Assembly (NCBI GenBank): GCA_964393485.1
Contig: CAYMTW010000002.1
Location: forward strand, 9,140 to 73,139
Source: an uncultured Melioribacter sp.
Lineage (GTDB): Bacteria; Bacteroidota; Ignavibacteria; Kapaibacteriales; Kapaibacteriaceae
Direction of reading: 5' to 3'
DNA: 64,000 bases
Positions 19,328 to 30,282 of the stretch are shown here, in pieces; the first letter of the stretch is position 1; the number at the start of each line of letters is the position of its first letter. The notes under the pieces are model-generated. The model was not told the DNA's origin. It did not search any database and was given only the letters and a program-made list of their open reading frames with translations. Both the position numbers and the translations under genes were made by a program.

Positions 19328-20104
19328 ATGAACATGCAATCTACGATCAGAATAGGGCTCATCGGGAACGGAAGGGGCATGAGACTTCTTGCTTTCCTGG
19401 CATTGGTGTGCGTTTCTTCCGCGTCTCTGCCAGCGGCAACAGAACCGGCGTTGGGTTCCCTTCTTAACCCGCGGCAGGCTATGAGGGCTACAGGTACGGT
19501 CTCGGTTCAGGGGGCGATGAGCATCAGCGGAGTTCCATTCGATGCCACGCTGCATTCCGATACGATCGTCGTGAACACGGGATCTCCATTCGGGATGAAA
19601 ACCAGCAGCGTCTATGCCCGCGCCGACACGTTTGTTGTTCTGAATTACCTGACTCGTCAGGCAATCGATGGGGACCCCCAGTCGGACAAGCTCTCGGGCA
19701 TGTTGCCTATTCCACTTGGCATCAACGACATCCGGAGTCTTGTGCGGGGAGTACCTCCGGGTGACCTCGCGTCGTTCGTGTTCCAGGCACGACGTCAGGA
19801 CGGCAGTCTACTCTTCCGCAGGCGCGATACGGCCACGGTTGAATTTGCCTTGGTTGATTCAGTCTCGCGCACCTTACGGCAGTATCAGCGTAAGGAGGCC
19901 GGCGGTCGAACGCTTCTGAACGTCACCTATGGCAGCTATCGTTCTTCGGGTGACGTCATGGTCCCCTACGGGGTCGATGTGACGGCTAATGATGAAGCCC
20001 AGAAGGTGCAGTTCCGTTTTGACGACGTGCAACTGGTAGCACCGACAGAGCCACTTCGCCCTTTGCCTATCCCGTCATCGTTCACGCGGGTGACGCTGAA
20101 CTGA
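19328..20104 (+). CDS. Secreted hypothetical protein (possibly LolA-fold / DUF4292-like)
   Basis: The signal peptide MRLLAFLALVCVSSASLPA lies just downstream of the chosen ATG; 19379 is an alternative start. Its stop overlaps the lptD-like start by 1 nt. The family assignment is weak. Confidence 0.4.
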   Translation: MNMQSTIRIGLIGNGRGMRLLAFLALVCVSSASLPAATEPALGSLLNPRQAMRATGTVSVQGAMSISGVPFDATLHSDTIVVNTGSPFGMKTSSVYARADTFVVLNYLTRQAIDGDPQSDKLSGMLPIPLGINDIRSLVRGVPPGDLASFVFQARRQDGSLLFRRRDTATVEFALVDSVSRTLRQYQRKEAGGRTLLNVTYGSYRSSGDVMVPYGVDVTANDEAQKVQFRFDDVQLVAPTEPLRPLPIPSSFTRVTLN

Positions 20105-22632
20105 TGGTCACTCGCGGACGCATCGTCGCTATGTTCGTCCTGGTCGCCGCTTTCGCGGTCGCTCGGTCGGCAGCTCAGGACACGTCCCGCGTCAGTCTGC
20201 AGCAGGATCAGGAATCAACCGACACCGTCGTCATTTTCACCGCTCGAGACAGCGCCCATCTGCGCGTCAACGACCGCACGCTGACCCTGCGCGGTAACGC
20301 TCGCGTGGATATGCGCGAGCAGCGTCTTGAGTCAAGTCTGATTATCATCGACTTCAACGCCGGTATCATGCGTGCCCAGGGCGCTCGTGATTCGACCGGC
20401 GCGATCACGGGCTTCCCGATGTTTCGTGATGCTGGAACAGAGTATGCTGGAAAGAGCATGGTGTACAACTTTCAGACCCGAAAGGGGCGAGTGGAGTTCG
20501 GCGAAACGGCCATAGACGGCGGGTACTACTATGGCAGTGCTATCAAACGGGTGGATGAAACAACTGCCTTCATCAATGGTGGGTGTTACACCACGTGCGA
20601 CGCTCCCCACCCGCATTTCTACTTTACATCGCCGAAGATGAAAGTTGTGGCCAATGACAAGATCTTTCTTGATCCGCTGATCTGGTATGTGGATGACGTT
20701 CCGGTCTTTGCCCTGCCACTGGGGATGTACTTCCCCATTGAGCGCGGACGCCGCTCGGGTATCATCGTACCCTCGCCGGTTGTAACGGCCGACCGTGGCG
20801 TGGTGCTGCAGAATCTTGGGTACTACTTCGCGATCAGTGACATTGTGGATGCCGAGATTACGACGGATCTGACCACCAAAGGGGGCTTCACGCTGTTCGG
20901 AAGGGGCCAGTATGTCGTGCAGGATCGCATGCGTGGAAACGCCGAGGTCCAATTCGGATACACACGCTTTTCCGTGACCCAGCCATACAACATGAATCTG
21001 GGTTTTCGACTTTCCCATTCACAGCAGCTGCGTCCTGGTGAGAGCCTTGTCGCAGATGTATTCTATGGCACGCAGCGATTGCTTCAGAATACCTCGCTCA
21101 ATCCCAATGACCGCGTCCGGCAAAACGCCCGCAGCAACGTATCCTACCAGCGCACATTCTACAATGGCATGACGTTCAATGCGGCGTACTCGAGCGATCA
21201 GAATCTGGTCAACGGATCCGTCACCCACAGCCCAAGTGTCAACTTCAGTATTCCGCAGTTGCAGCCCTTTGCGGGCGTTGCCACGGCTGATTCGTGGTTG
21301 TCCGAAGTGCAGTTCTCCTACCGGGCTACCGGACGCTACACGGCCAGTTCTTTGCGCAGCACCGACACAGGTGCGTTCACCGTCAGTGAATCATCCGTGA
21401 TCGAACACCGTCCGTCGATGACACTCACTCCGAAGCTTGGCTACCTGATCGTTGCCCCTTCTCTGAGCTACTCGGAGAATTGGTACTTCCAGCGCTTCAC
21501 CCAAGGTGTGAGGTCATCCGACAGCACCCTGGAAACACGCCGTGAGGGTGGTTTTTTCCGGGAGTACACCTACGGAGTCGGAGTGAACGTTTCGACGTTT
21601 CTCTACGGTCTGGCCTATCCAAAGGTCTTGGGTATTCAGGCAATCCGTCACACCCTGCAGCCGAGCATTGGTGTAACGTATGTGCCGAATCAGTCGGATA
21701 CGTCGTTGGGGTTCTTCGGGCAGTACACCAGTCCGGTGACGGGTCAGACCATCTCCTATCCTCGGTTTGGCTCCGGCTCTGGTCTGGCGTCACGTCAGAC
21801 ACAGATGCTGGTAACAGGTTCGTTTCTGAACCGGGTATCGATTAAGACAATGGATGGAGATACTGTTGGCAAGCCATTGGAAATCTTCACACTTGCATTG
21901 AATACTTCTTACAACTTGGCGGCTGATTCACTGGGGCTTGCACCGGTGTTTTTCAATTTTCGAACGCCGATGCTCGATGCTCTGGAGTTCAATCTAAGCG
22001 GAACGCTCAACGCCTACGATCAGGTTTTGGCGTCCGACCCGGCCACCGGACGTCAGACCTGGCGCGACGTGAGCACGAGTGTGATGGCTGCCGGCAAGGG
22101 GCTCGCCCGTCTGACCAATCTCAACCTGCAGATGGGTTCGCGGTTTTCCTCGCAAGGGGTCAGCCCTACGCGAACAAATGGTCAGGGGGCAGATAGCAGC
22201 GTCCCCTCGAATGACCTTCGGTCGCGGTTTGATAGTCGGCTGAATGCCGAACAGGAACGATCGGACATCTACGGTGACATGACTCCCGGCTGGTCACCCC
22301 TTGCCATTCCGTGGGAAGTATCGGGTCAGATAGTCTATAGCTACTCGAGACCCAATCCGGACGCTGCGTTTCAGTCTCTCAATGCCGTGATTCGGGGGTC
22401 CTTTTCCCTGACGCCCACAACGCGTGTGGGCATCTCCGGATCCGTCGATCTACTCAACGGTGAGGTCCTGAACCCGATCATTGACATCAGCAAACAGATC
22501 CATTGCTGGTACCTGACGCTCAACTGGGTGCCGCTGGGATTCAACCGGGGCTTCTTCCTGCGCTTTGGGGCTACTGCCCCGCAGCTCCGGGATCTGGTCA
22601 TTCCTAAACAATCGACGCCGTTGTATCGGTAG
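20104..22632 (+). CDS. OstA/LptD-like outer-membrane LPS-assembly protein
   Basis: An 842-aa ORF with a signal peptide and an N-terminal OstA-like beta-jellyroll region (TLTLRGNARVDMREQRLESSLIIIDFNAGIMRAQG). A long beta-rich C-terminal region consistent with a large barrel follows. Confidence 0.55.
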   Translation: MVTRGRIVAMFVLVAAFAVARSAAQDTSRVSLQQDQESTDTVVIFTARDSAHLRVNDRTLTLRGNARVDMREQRLESSLIIIDFNAGIMRAQGARDSTGAITGFPMFRDAGTEYAGKSMVYNFQTRKGRVEFGETAIDGGYYYGSAIKRVDETTAFINGGCYTTCDAPHPHFYFTSPKMKVVANDKIFLDPLIWYVDDVPVFALPLGMYFPIERGRRSGIIVPSPVVTADRGVVLQNLGYYFAISDIVDAEITTDLTTKGGFTLFGRGQYVVQDRMRGNAEVQFGYTRFSVTQPYNMNLGFRLSHSQQLRPGESLVADVFYGTQRLLQNTSLNPNDRVRQNARSNVSYQRTFYNGMTFNAAYSSDQNLVNGSVTHSPSVNFSIPQLQPFAGVATADSWLSEVQFSYRATGRYTASSLRSTDTGAFTVSESSVIEHRPSMTLTPKLGYLIVAPSLSYSENWYFQRFTQGVRSSDSTLETRREGGFFREYTYGVGVNVSTFLYGLAYPKVLGIQAIRHTLQPSIGVTYVPNQSDTSLGFFGQYTSPVTGQTISYPRFGSGSGLASRQTQMLVTGSFLNRVSIKTMDGDTVGKPLEIFTLALNTSYNLAADSLGLAPVFFNFRTPMLDALEFNLSGTLNAYDQVLASDPATGRQTWRDVSTSVMAAGKGLARLTNLNLQMGSRFSSQGVSPTRTNGQGADSSVPSNDLRSRFDSRLNAEQERSDIYGDMTPGWSPLAIPWEVSGQIVYSYSRPNPDAAFQSLNAVIRGSFSLTPTTRVGISGSVDLLNGEVLNPIIDISKQIHCWYLTLNWVPLGFNRGFFLRFGATAPQLRDLVIPKQSTPLYR

Positions 22633-22653
22633 TCGACTCCGTAACTTGCAGTC

Positions 22654-24486
22654 ATGTGTGGAATCGTAGGATACATCGGCACAAAGCCGGCATCGCCGCT
22701 GATCGTCAGCGGCCTGAAGCGTCTTGAATACCGCGGATACGACTCGGCCGGAATCTGCTGCATCACTCCTGATGGCCTTGGCATTGCCAAGAAGGCCGGA
22801 CGGGTTGTTGACCTCGAGCGTGCGGTCGATGTGCATGCCCTAGAGGGTACGGTGGGTGTTGGCCATACCCGCTGGGCAACGCACGGCGTGCCCAACGACG
22901 CCAATGCGCACCCTCATACGGACATGAGCGGGTCCATTGCCCTAGTCCATAACGGGATCATCGAGAACTATCTGACGATCAAAAAGAAGCTGCTCAGCGC
23001 CGGATATACGTTCCGTTCGGACACGGACAGCGAAGTGCTCGCCGTGTTCATCGGCATGCTCTACGAGACGCTCAACGACCTGGAACTGGCAGTCCGTACG
23101 GCACTTGCCGAGGTTGAGGGCACCTTCGGAATTGTCGTTGTCAGCACGCACGCCCCGGACATGGTGATCGCGGCGCGTCGAGGAAGCCCCCTGATTCTGG
23201 GCATCGGAAACGGCGAGTATCTCGTTGCATCTGACGCCTCGGCCGTCATCTCCCATACCCGTCAGGTTGTGTACCTGCAGGAGAACGAGATGGCGATCCT
23301 GCGCAGGGACGGTTTTGCCACAAAGACCATCGAGAACGTTGACACTCGTAGCGTCGTCGAGGAGATCGCCTTTGAACTTGAGCAGATTGAACGCGGTGGC
23401 TTTGAGCACTTCATGCTCAAAGAGATCTACGAACAGCCCATCACGTTCCGTGATGGCTTTCGTGGACGTTTGCGCGCCGATGATGGCACCGTTCGTCTGG
23501 GTGGCCTTGCCAGCGTGGCCGACAAGCTTCGTGCGGCACCGCGCATCATCATAACAGCCTGTGGCACTTCATGGCATGCCGGGCTTGTGGGTGAGTATCT
23601 CATCGAGACGCTTGCTCGTGTTCCTGTTGAAGTCGAGTACGCAAGCGAGTTCCGATATCGTAATCCCATCATCAATCCGGACGATGTGGTCATTGCTATT
23701 TCCCAGAGCGGAGAAACTGCCGACACGCTTGCGGCCATTCGTGAGGCAAAGCTCAAGGGGGCGACGGTCATTGGAATGGTCAATGTTGTGGGCAGCACGA
23801 TCGCTCGGGAAACAGATGCCGGTGTGTATCTGCACGCTGGACCCGAGATTGGTGTGGCTTCGACCAAGGCCTTTACCTCGCAGCTCTGCGTTCTGACCCA
23901 GTTTGCTCTGTACCTGGGACGGATGAAGAACCTCTCAGCAGAGCAGGGCAAGGCAATTGCTGACGAACTAGAGCTGATCCCTGAACACATTACTCGCATT
24001 CTCGACGATGTAGAGCCCATCCGAAAGATTGCACGTCAATATGCTGGAGCATCGAACTTCCTCTACCTCGGACGGGGCGTCAACTTCCCTGCCGCCCTCG
24101 AGGGAGCGCTCAAGCTCAAGGAGATCTCGTACATTCATGCCGAGGGGTATCCTGCGGCAGAGATGAAGCATGGTCCGATTGCTTTGATCGACGAAAACAT
24201 GCCGGTGGTGTTCATTGCACCGAAGGACGAGATCTACGAGAAGGTCCGATCGAATATCGAGGAGGTGCGGGCACGGAACGGTCAGGTGATCGCTATTGCC
24301 GATCAGGACGATGACCGTATCGCCGATGTAGCAACACACGTGATTCGCGTTCCCCGAACACTGCCAATGCTAACGCCGATCCTGACGTCGATTCCACTCC
24401 AGCTCTTGGCGTACTTCATCGCCGTCGAACGCGGCTGCAATGTGGATATGCCCCGCAACCTGGCCAAGAGCGTCACGGTGGAGTGA
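22654..24486 (+). CDS. glmS: Glutamine--fructose-6-phosphate aminotransferase (isomerising)
   Basis: A 610-aa ORF beginning MCGIVGYIG (N-terminal nucleophile Cys) with two SIS domains. It ends with the characteristic ...VTVE. Confidence 0.9.
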   Translation: MCGIVGYIGTKPASPLIVSGLKRLEYRGYDSAGICCITPDGLGIAKKAGRVVDLERAVDVHALEGTVGVGHTRWATHGVPNDANAHPHTDMSGSIALVHNGIIENYLTIKKKLLSAGYTFRSDTDSEVLAVFIGMLYETLNDLELAVRTALAEVEGTFGIVVVSTHAPDMVIAARRGSPLILGIGNGEYLVASDASAVISHTRQVVYLQENEMAILRRDGFATKTIENVDTRSVVEEIAFELEQIERGGFEHFMLKEIYEQPITFRDGFRGRLRADDGTVRLGGLASVADKLRAAPRIIITACGTSWHAGLVGEYLIETLARVPVEVEYASEFRYRNPIINPDDVVIAISQSGETADTLAAIREAKLKGATVIGMVNVVGSTIARETDAGVYLHAGPEIGVASTKAFTSQLCVLTQFALYLGRMKNLSAEQGKAIADELELIPEHITRILDDVEPIRKIARQYAGASNFLYLGRGVNFPAALEGALKLKEISYIHAEGYPAAEMKHGPIALIDENMPVVFIAPKDEIYEKVRSNIEEVRARNGQVIAIADQDDDRIADVATHVIRVPRTLPMLTPILTSIPLQLLAYFIAVERGCNVDMPRNLAKSVTVE

Positions 24487-24492
24487 TCCAAA

Positions 24493-25491
24493 ATGCCAGC
24501 TGCTGCCGAGACGGCCGAATCGATCATTACGGAACTTCACGCCGGTTCTCGCAGGGCTCTTTCGCGCAGTCTGTCGCTGATTGAGAGTACGCTGGAGTCC
24601 GATCGTGAAATCGCCTTTGCTGTCCTGGAACGCTGTGCGGCATCGTCCACCACATCATGGCGCATTGGCTGTACGGGCCCTCCAGGCGTTGGGAAGAGTA
24701 CATTCATTGAGCAACTTGGGCTCCAGTTAACTGACCGCGGCAGACGAGTGGCCGTTTTGGCCGTCGACCCCAGTAGTCGTCGTACGGGCGGAAGTATCCT
24801 TGGCGACAAAGTCCGAATGCCGCTGCTATCGCAGCGTCCGCAGGCCTACATCCGTCCAACACCGTCAAAGGCTGTGCTTGGCGGTGCCGCCCCGAGTACG
24901 CGCGATGCCATCCTTCTGTGTGAAGAGGCTGGCTTTGACACGATCATCATCGAAACCGTCGGCGTTGGCCAAAGCGAGGTCGAGGTTGCCGGCATGGTCG
25001 ATATGTTTCTGCTACTCGCGCTGCCGAATAGTGGAGACGATGTGCAAGGAATCAAGCGTGGGATCATGGAAGCCGCGCATACCATCATCGTCACCAAATC
25101 CGACATCGATCACACTGCCGCTCACCGGGCTGTTGCCACGCTAACGGGCGCACTGAGGTACATGCACCCGCCTTCTAACGACTGGATTACCGCCGTGCTG
25201 TCAGTGAGTAGCCTGTCGGCGGATGGTTTTAATGCCGTCATCAATGGCATTACGGAGTTCTTCGCCCCCGCGCGCTCGCACAGCCTCGAGGTTAGCAGGC
25301 AGCAGCAGCGCGGTGCGTGGTTTGATAGTGTGCTTGCTGGCGAGATTCTGCAGCAGCTGCTTTCGCGTTCGCCCCTTCGCAGTGTCTGTGATGTCGCACG
25401 TGAACAGTGCATTCATGGTCAGGTGGCACCAAGTCTGTCCGTTCATCGTCTGCTGGGCAGAATTCAACTGACCATCACGGAGGATGTATGA
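24493..25491 (+). CDS. meaB: Methylmalonyl-CoA-mutase-associated GTPase MeaB/ArgK family
   Basis: P-loop GCTGPPGVGKSTFIE, plus the G-protein switch and DTVGVGQSE motifs typical of MeaB. Confidence 0.8.
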   Translation: MPAAAETAESIITELHAGSRRALSRSLSLIESTLESDREIAFAVLERCAASSTTSWRIGCTGPPGVGKSTFIEQLGLQLTDRGRRVAVLAVDPSSRRTGGSILGDKVRMPLLSQRPQAYIRPTPSKAVLGGAAPSTRDAILLCEEAGFDTIIIETVGVGQSEVEVAGMVDMFLLLALPNSGDDVQGIKRGIMEAAHTIIVTKSDIDHTAAHRAVATLTGALRYMHPPSNDWITAVLSVSSLSADGFNAVINGITEFFAPARSHSLEVSRQQQRGAWFDSVLAGEILQQLLSRSPLRSVCDVAREQCIHGQVAPSLSVHRLLGRIQLTITEDV

Positions 25492-26693
25492 ATCACTTCC
25501 TGACCGACATGCAGAATGCCGTATCCCAAAGCGATGCCGATGCATGGGTACTGTTCGACATGCGACGCTCAAACGATCTCGCGTGGGATGTCCTGCAGGT
25601 CGATCCCAACGCGCACTGCACCCGACGCTGGATGGTCATCATTCCGGCGCACGGACGACCCGTAAAGATCGCGCATCGGATGGAGCAGCATCCGCTGTCG
25701 CACTTATCCATCGATGCCGAGAACTATGACACGCGGGAGTCGTGGGAGCGTGTCATCGGCCAGCGGCTGGCCCCCTTCAAGCGAGTTGCAATGGAGTACT
25801 CCCCGATGGGGCGCCTTCCGGTGATCAGCCGTGTTGATGCCGGTACCATCGAGCTGATCCGATCCTTTGGTGTGGACGTTGTCAGTTCAGCAGATATGCT
25901 GCAGCAGTTCACCTCGGTGCTTTCACAGGACCAGATCGCTGGGGCATGTGTCGCTGCTGGACAGCTGCGCGAGACCGTCATGGAAGCCTTTGAATTCATT
26001 CGTGGTGCGATCCGGCGTCACGGTCGCGTTTCCGAATTCGACGTACAATCGTTTATCATGTCGGAGTTTTCCCGCAAGGGGCTGATCACGGATTCCGCTC
26101 CTATTGTTGCGATCGGGCCCAATGCGGCGTCTCCGCACTATGCCCCCTCGCGTCTGCGTTCAAGTGATATCGAATCAGACATGGTAGTGCTGATCGACGC
26201 CTGGTGTCGGCACGAATCTGCCGGATCGGTCTTTGCTGACATCACATGGGTAGGCTACACAGCCGAGGTGGTCCCGGATGACGTTGAGGCATCCTTCGGG
26301 ATCATCCGCGCTGGACGCGATGCTGCGCTTGAGCTGGTGCGTCAGCGGTTTGCCTCGGGTGAGCCACTTGCCGGATACGAGGTCGATCGTGCCTGCCGTT
26401 CCGTGATTGACGAGGCGGGCATGGGGCATGCCTTTATCCATCGTACCGGACACAACATCACCACGCAGGTGCATGGTCCGGGTGCCAACATGGATGATTT
26501 CGAAACCCATGATTCGCGGCGTATTCTTCCCGGGACGTCCTTTTCAATCGAGCCTGGTATCTATCTGCCGGATCTGCTTGGCCTGCGCACGGAGATCGAT
26601 GTGATCATCTCTCACGACGGTGACGTTCTCGTGCCGAGTGCACCGATACAGCAGCGGATCATTCCGATCATGTCGAAGGGCGACACGGAATGA
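25488..26693 (+). CDS. M24 family metallopeptidase (Xaa-Pro aminopeptidase-like)
   Basis: The start is set at MNHFLTD, giving an ATGA overlap with meaB. It has the pita-bread fold metal-ligand region (HRTGHNITTQVHGPG) and the C-terminal EPGIY motif. Confidence 0.75.
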   Translation: MNHFLTDMQNAVSQSDADAWVLFDMRRSNDLAWDVLQVDPNAHCTRRWMVIIPAHGRPVKIAHRMEQHPLSHLSIDAENYDTRESWERVIGQRLAPFKRVAMEYSPMGRLPVISRVDAGTIELIRSFGVDVVSSADMLQQFTSVLSQDQIAGACVAAGQLRETVMEAFEFIRGAIRRHGRVSEFDVQSFIMSEFSRKGLITDSAPIVAIGPNAASPHYAPSRLRSSDIESDMVVLIDAWCRHESAGSVFADITWVGYTAEVVPDDVEASFGIIRAGRDAALELVRQRFASGEPLAGYEVDRACRSVIDEAGMGHAFIHRTGHNITTQVHGPGANMDDFETHDSRRILPGTSFSIEPGIYLPDLLGLRTEIDVIISHDGDVLVPSAPIQQRIIPIMSKGDTE

Positions 26694-28519
26694 ACGCACG
26701 CCTGAGGTGTCTGTTCCAGCGATCGACATTGCTAATCGCGGCAATGATACTGTGTTCACTGATCGCGATAGCGACTCCCTTGTCTTCAGCCGATGATTCC
26801 GAAAAGTACCGCATCGCTCAGGCGTATGAGAGAAGCGGCGATCTTCGCAATGCAGCGCGGCTCTACCAGGAGCTCTATGCTGCGCAGAGTTCAAACGACA
26901 TCTACTTTGGCGGAGTTGTCCGGTCCCTATCGGGTCTTGGTCAGTATGCCGCATTGATTCCCATCGTTGAAAAGCATGCGGGTCGAACAGGATCTCCAGC
27001 CCACACGCTTCTTGCCGGGACTCTCCATGCCCGTCAGAATGAACTATCAAAGGCCCGCACCTACTGGGATCGAGCCCGCTCGTTGGCAGATAATGATGAG
27101 TCCTTGCTTGTGCAGTTGGGACGCGATCAGATGGAGCTCTTTCTTCACGCCGACGCGTTGGCGACATTCCTAGCTGCGCGCGAAAAGAATGGTGCGGTGA
27201 CGGCCTACTCGGATGAGATCTTCAAGCTACGTTCCGCCACTGGGGACCTCAACGGTGCTGTTGCAGATGTCCTAGCGGCCTTTACCAGCGATGCTGATGC
27301 CGTCACTGCCGAGCGTCGGCTTAGCACATTGATGTCCTTTGACAAGGGAGCAACGGTCATTGCCGCAGCACTCTCTGAGCTAGCACGTGATGATGTGCGC
27401 AACCTGCGCCTGACGGCGTGGTTCTATCGTGAGACCAAGCGTTGGGGTGATGCCTACGAGATCATTGCGTTGCTCGATACCCGCAGCCCGACTCCAGGCA
27501 GTGAACTTCTCAGTTTTGCCGATGGCGCTCGGGCCTCTGATCAGTATGAAGTTGCGCTTCGAGCCTATGACGAGGTGGCACGCCGGGCCAAGGATGCCAA
27601 CATCAAGATGACGGCAGCGTTCGGTTCCGTGCGCACACTGGAACTACGGCTCCGGGTTTCTGCATCGGTAACAAACGATGAGGCACGGGAGATCATTCGT
27701 CGCTATGATGATATCATCGTCCGCTTTGGTGGCAACCCTCTGGTGGCTGATGCCCTATATTTCAGTGCGCTGCTCCATGACGATGTCCTCGGGGAGATGG
27801 ATCCAGCTCGTGAGCGTCTGACGCGCTTGGTCAACACCTGGAGGTCACTTTCCCGTTCGATCGACGGTGCACTCAAGCTGGCCGACATCTATTTGGCAAT
27901 CGGGCAGGATGAGCGGGCACTCGAGCTTCTTGCTACGGTCGTGAAAGGCCCAACGGGGCTGGTGGCCGACCGTGCTGACATGGCCCGGCTGCGACGTGCT
28001 GACATCTTGTTCTGGAACGGCGAGCTTGATTCGGCTAAGAAGCTGTATCAGCCCCTTGTCGAAGCCAGTGGGTCGATAGCTTCCAACGATGCCCTTGATC
28101 GGATGATGCTTCTCAATCTTGCGCTTGATGACTCGGCGGCGGTGCGCGCCATTGCCCGGGCGGACGGATTCATCGTCAGGCGTCGGCACCTCGAAGCCAT
28201 CCGTGTACTCGATTCGATCATTCCGAAGATAAGAGACAGCGACCTGCGAGATCGATCGCTGTTGATGTGTGCTAGAAGTCGCTTAGTCACTGCGGACAGT
28301 GTTAGCGCGGTTGCACTACTTAAAACGATCATCGACGGCAATCCTGATTCGATCTATGGTGATAGGGCTATGTGGCTCTATGCCGACATCACCGCTAGCC
28401 GAAACGATCCTCAAGGCGCCATTCAGGTTCTTGAAGCGCTTCTTCGTAATTACCCACGTTCAATACTTGTTCCCGAGGCTCGAGAACGGATCCGTCGCCT
28501 TCGTGGCGACGGCCGTTAG
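26690..28519 (+). CDS. Secreted TPR-repeat protein
   Basis: A 609-aa ORF with a signal/TM N-terminus (LLIAAMILCSLIAIATPLSSA) and multiple TPR-like helical repeats (AQAYERSGDLRNAARLYQELYA...). Confidence 0.6.
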   Translation: MNARLRCLFQRSTLLIAAMILCSLIAIATPLSSADDSEKYRIAQAYERSGDLRNAARLYQELYAAQSSNDIYFGGVVRSLSGLGQYAALIPIVEKHAGRTGSPAHTLLAGTLHARQNELSKARTYWDRARSLADNDESLLVQLGRDQMELFLHADALATFLAAREKNGAVTAYSDEIFKLRSATGDLNGAVADVLAAFTSDADAVTAERRLSTLMSFDKGATVIAAALSELARDDVRNLRLTAWFYRETKRWGDAYEIIALLDTRSPTPGSELLSFADGARASDQYEVALRAYDEVARRAKDANIKMTAAFGSVRTLELRLRVSASVTNDEAREIIRRYDDIIVRFGGNPLVADALYFSALLHDDVLGEMDPARERLTRLVNTWRSLSRSIDGALKLADIYLAIGQDERALELLATVVKGPTGLVADRADMARLRRADILFWNGELDSAKKLYQPLVEASGSIASNDALDRMMLLNLALDDSAAVRAIARADGFIVRRRHLEAIRVLDSIIPKIRDSDLRDRSLLMCARSRLVTADSVSAVALLKTIIDGNPDSIYGDRAMWLYADITASRNDPQGAIQVLEALLRNYPRSILVPEARERIRRLRGDGR

Positions 28520-28549
28520 GCCAGCACCACCTTCCTGAAAGATCTGCCC

Positions 28550-30262
28550 ATGGCAACCACCACCTTCGCCCAGCTTCCCTACCGTCGCCCTGACATCGGT
28601 GCGCTATCGGAAAGCGACCAGATACTGATCAGCCGCATCCAGAGAGCGGACTCGGCTTCTGAGATCATTGCCTGCGTCGAGCAGTGGAATCGCTCACGCA
28701 TCGACACCTACACAATGGCGTCGATCGCCGAGGTCAAGTTCACACAGAATGTTGCCGATGCCGATGCGAAGGCTGAAAAGCTTTTCTTCGATGAGAACGG
28801 CCCGTCGCTAACAGAGCTCGACATCAGTGTTGCACGTGCACTGCTTGCCTCACCACATAGCCAGGACGTCGCCGTCCATTTCGGTGAGCTGTTTCTGACG
28901 CGTCTGAGAAACTGGACACTCACGTTTGAACCGTCGATCAAGGATATCCTTGTGCACGAGTCCGAGCTCTGCACGCGGTATAACGAGATCACAGCATCGG
29001 CCAAGATTGAAGTCGATGGTCAGACCTACAATCTCTCAACCATCGGACGTCTTGTCATCGATCCGGACTCGGCAATCAGGCACCGTGCACACCTTGCGAT
29101 GGGAAACTTCCTGCTTGAGCATGCCGAAGAGCTTGATTCAATTTTTGACCAGCTCGTAAAGCTCCGAGCCGAGAAAGCCGAAACACTTGGCTACTCTTCG
29201 TACACTGAATTCAGGTACGTCGAGTTCGGCCGTGTTGACTACACGGCTGACGACGTCGAGAAGTTTCGCGCTCAGGTTCGCCAGCATGTGGTGCCACTAG
29301 CTGCCCGTCTGCGTCAGGCCCAGGGAAAACGACTCGGTATTGAGCGTATGACTACAGCCGACGAAAAGCTGCAGTTCATCGATGGCAATCCGGTAGCCTC
29401 GGGCGATCATGACTGGATCGTCGAGCGTGCCGAAAAAATGTATTCTGAACTCTCGCCGGAAACCAATGAGTTCTTCCGCCTCATGCTCGAGGCCGAGCTG
29501 ATGGACCTAAAGAGTCGTGATAACAAAGCAACCGGCGGATATTGCACAAGCTTCAGCGCCTATGGTCTTCCGTTCATCTTCGCCAACTTCAACCGGACAA
29601 CGCACGATATCGAAGTGTTGACGCACGAGGCTGGACATGCCTTCCAGGCCTACCGCAGCCGTAACCTCAGCGTGCCGGAATACTTCTGGCCTACCGCCGA
29701 GGCCTGTGAGATCCACTCCATGGGCATGGAGTTTCTCACATGGCCCTGGATGGACCTCTTTTTCGAGGACCAGACCGAGAAGTTCAAATTCTATCATCTG
29801 CAGGGGGCTCTTCTCTTCCTACCGTACGGATGTGCGGTGGATCATTTCCAGCACTGGATCTATGCCAACCCGCAGGCCACGCCGGCCGAGCGCAATGCCC
29901 AGTGGAAGGAGATGGAGCGTATGTACATGCCGTGGCGCAACTCCGAGGGCTTTCCGGCTGCTGAGCAGGGCCGGATGTGGCAGTTCCAGCGGCACATCTA
30001 TGAAAGTCCTTTTTATTACATCGACTATGCACTGGCCCAGACCTGCGCTCTGCAGTATTGGAAGTGGTCCGAAGGTGACAGTGCATCAGCGTTCGCGTCG
30101 TATCTGTCGATCTGCGACATCGGTGGCTCGAAGCCATTTCTGGGCATCGTCGAGCACGGACGGCTGACATCTCCGTTCAGCGATGGATGTCTGCAGGACA
30201 TCGTATCCTATGCCTACAGCGTGCTTCAGGAGCGTCACCCCGACTTCATGCTTGGCTACTAA
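28550..30262 (+). CDS. pepF: Oligoendopeptidase F / M3 family metallopeptidase
   Basis: A 570-aa ORF with the zincin motif HEAGHAFQ (HExxH). The length and architecture fit the M3B family. Confidence 0.8.
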   Translation: MATTTFAQLPYRRPDIGALSESDQILISRIQRADSASEIIACVEQWNRSRIDTYTMASIAEVKFTQNVADADAKAEKLFFDENGPSLTELDISVARALLASPHSQDVAVHFGELFLTRLRNWTLTFEPSIKDILVHESELCTRYNEITASAKIEVDGQTYNLSTIGRLVIDPDSAIRHRAHLAMGNFLLEHAEELDSIFDQLVKLRAEKAETLGYSSYTEFRYVEFGRVDYTADDVEKFRAQVRQHVVPLAARLRQAQGKRLGIERMTTADEKLQFIDGNPVASGDHDWIVERAEKMYSELSPETNEFFRLMLEAELMDLKSRDNKATGGYCTSFSAYGLPFIFANFNRTTHDIEVLTHEAGHAFQAYRSRNLSVPEYFWPTAEACEIHSMGMEFLTWPWMDLFFEDQTEKFKFYHLQGALLFLPYGCAVDHFQHWIYANPQATPAERNAQWKEMERMYMPWRNSEGFPAAEQGRMWQFQRHIYESPFYYIDYALAQTCALQYWKWSEGDSASAFASYLSICDIGGSKPFLGIVEHGRLTSPFSDGCLQDIVSYAYSVLQERHPDFMLGY

Positions 30263-30282
30263 TTCATAAAATGCTCCCCCTG

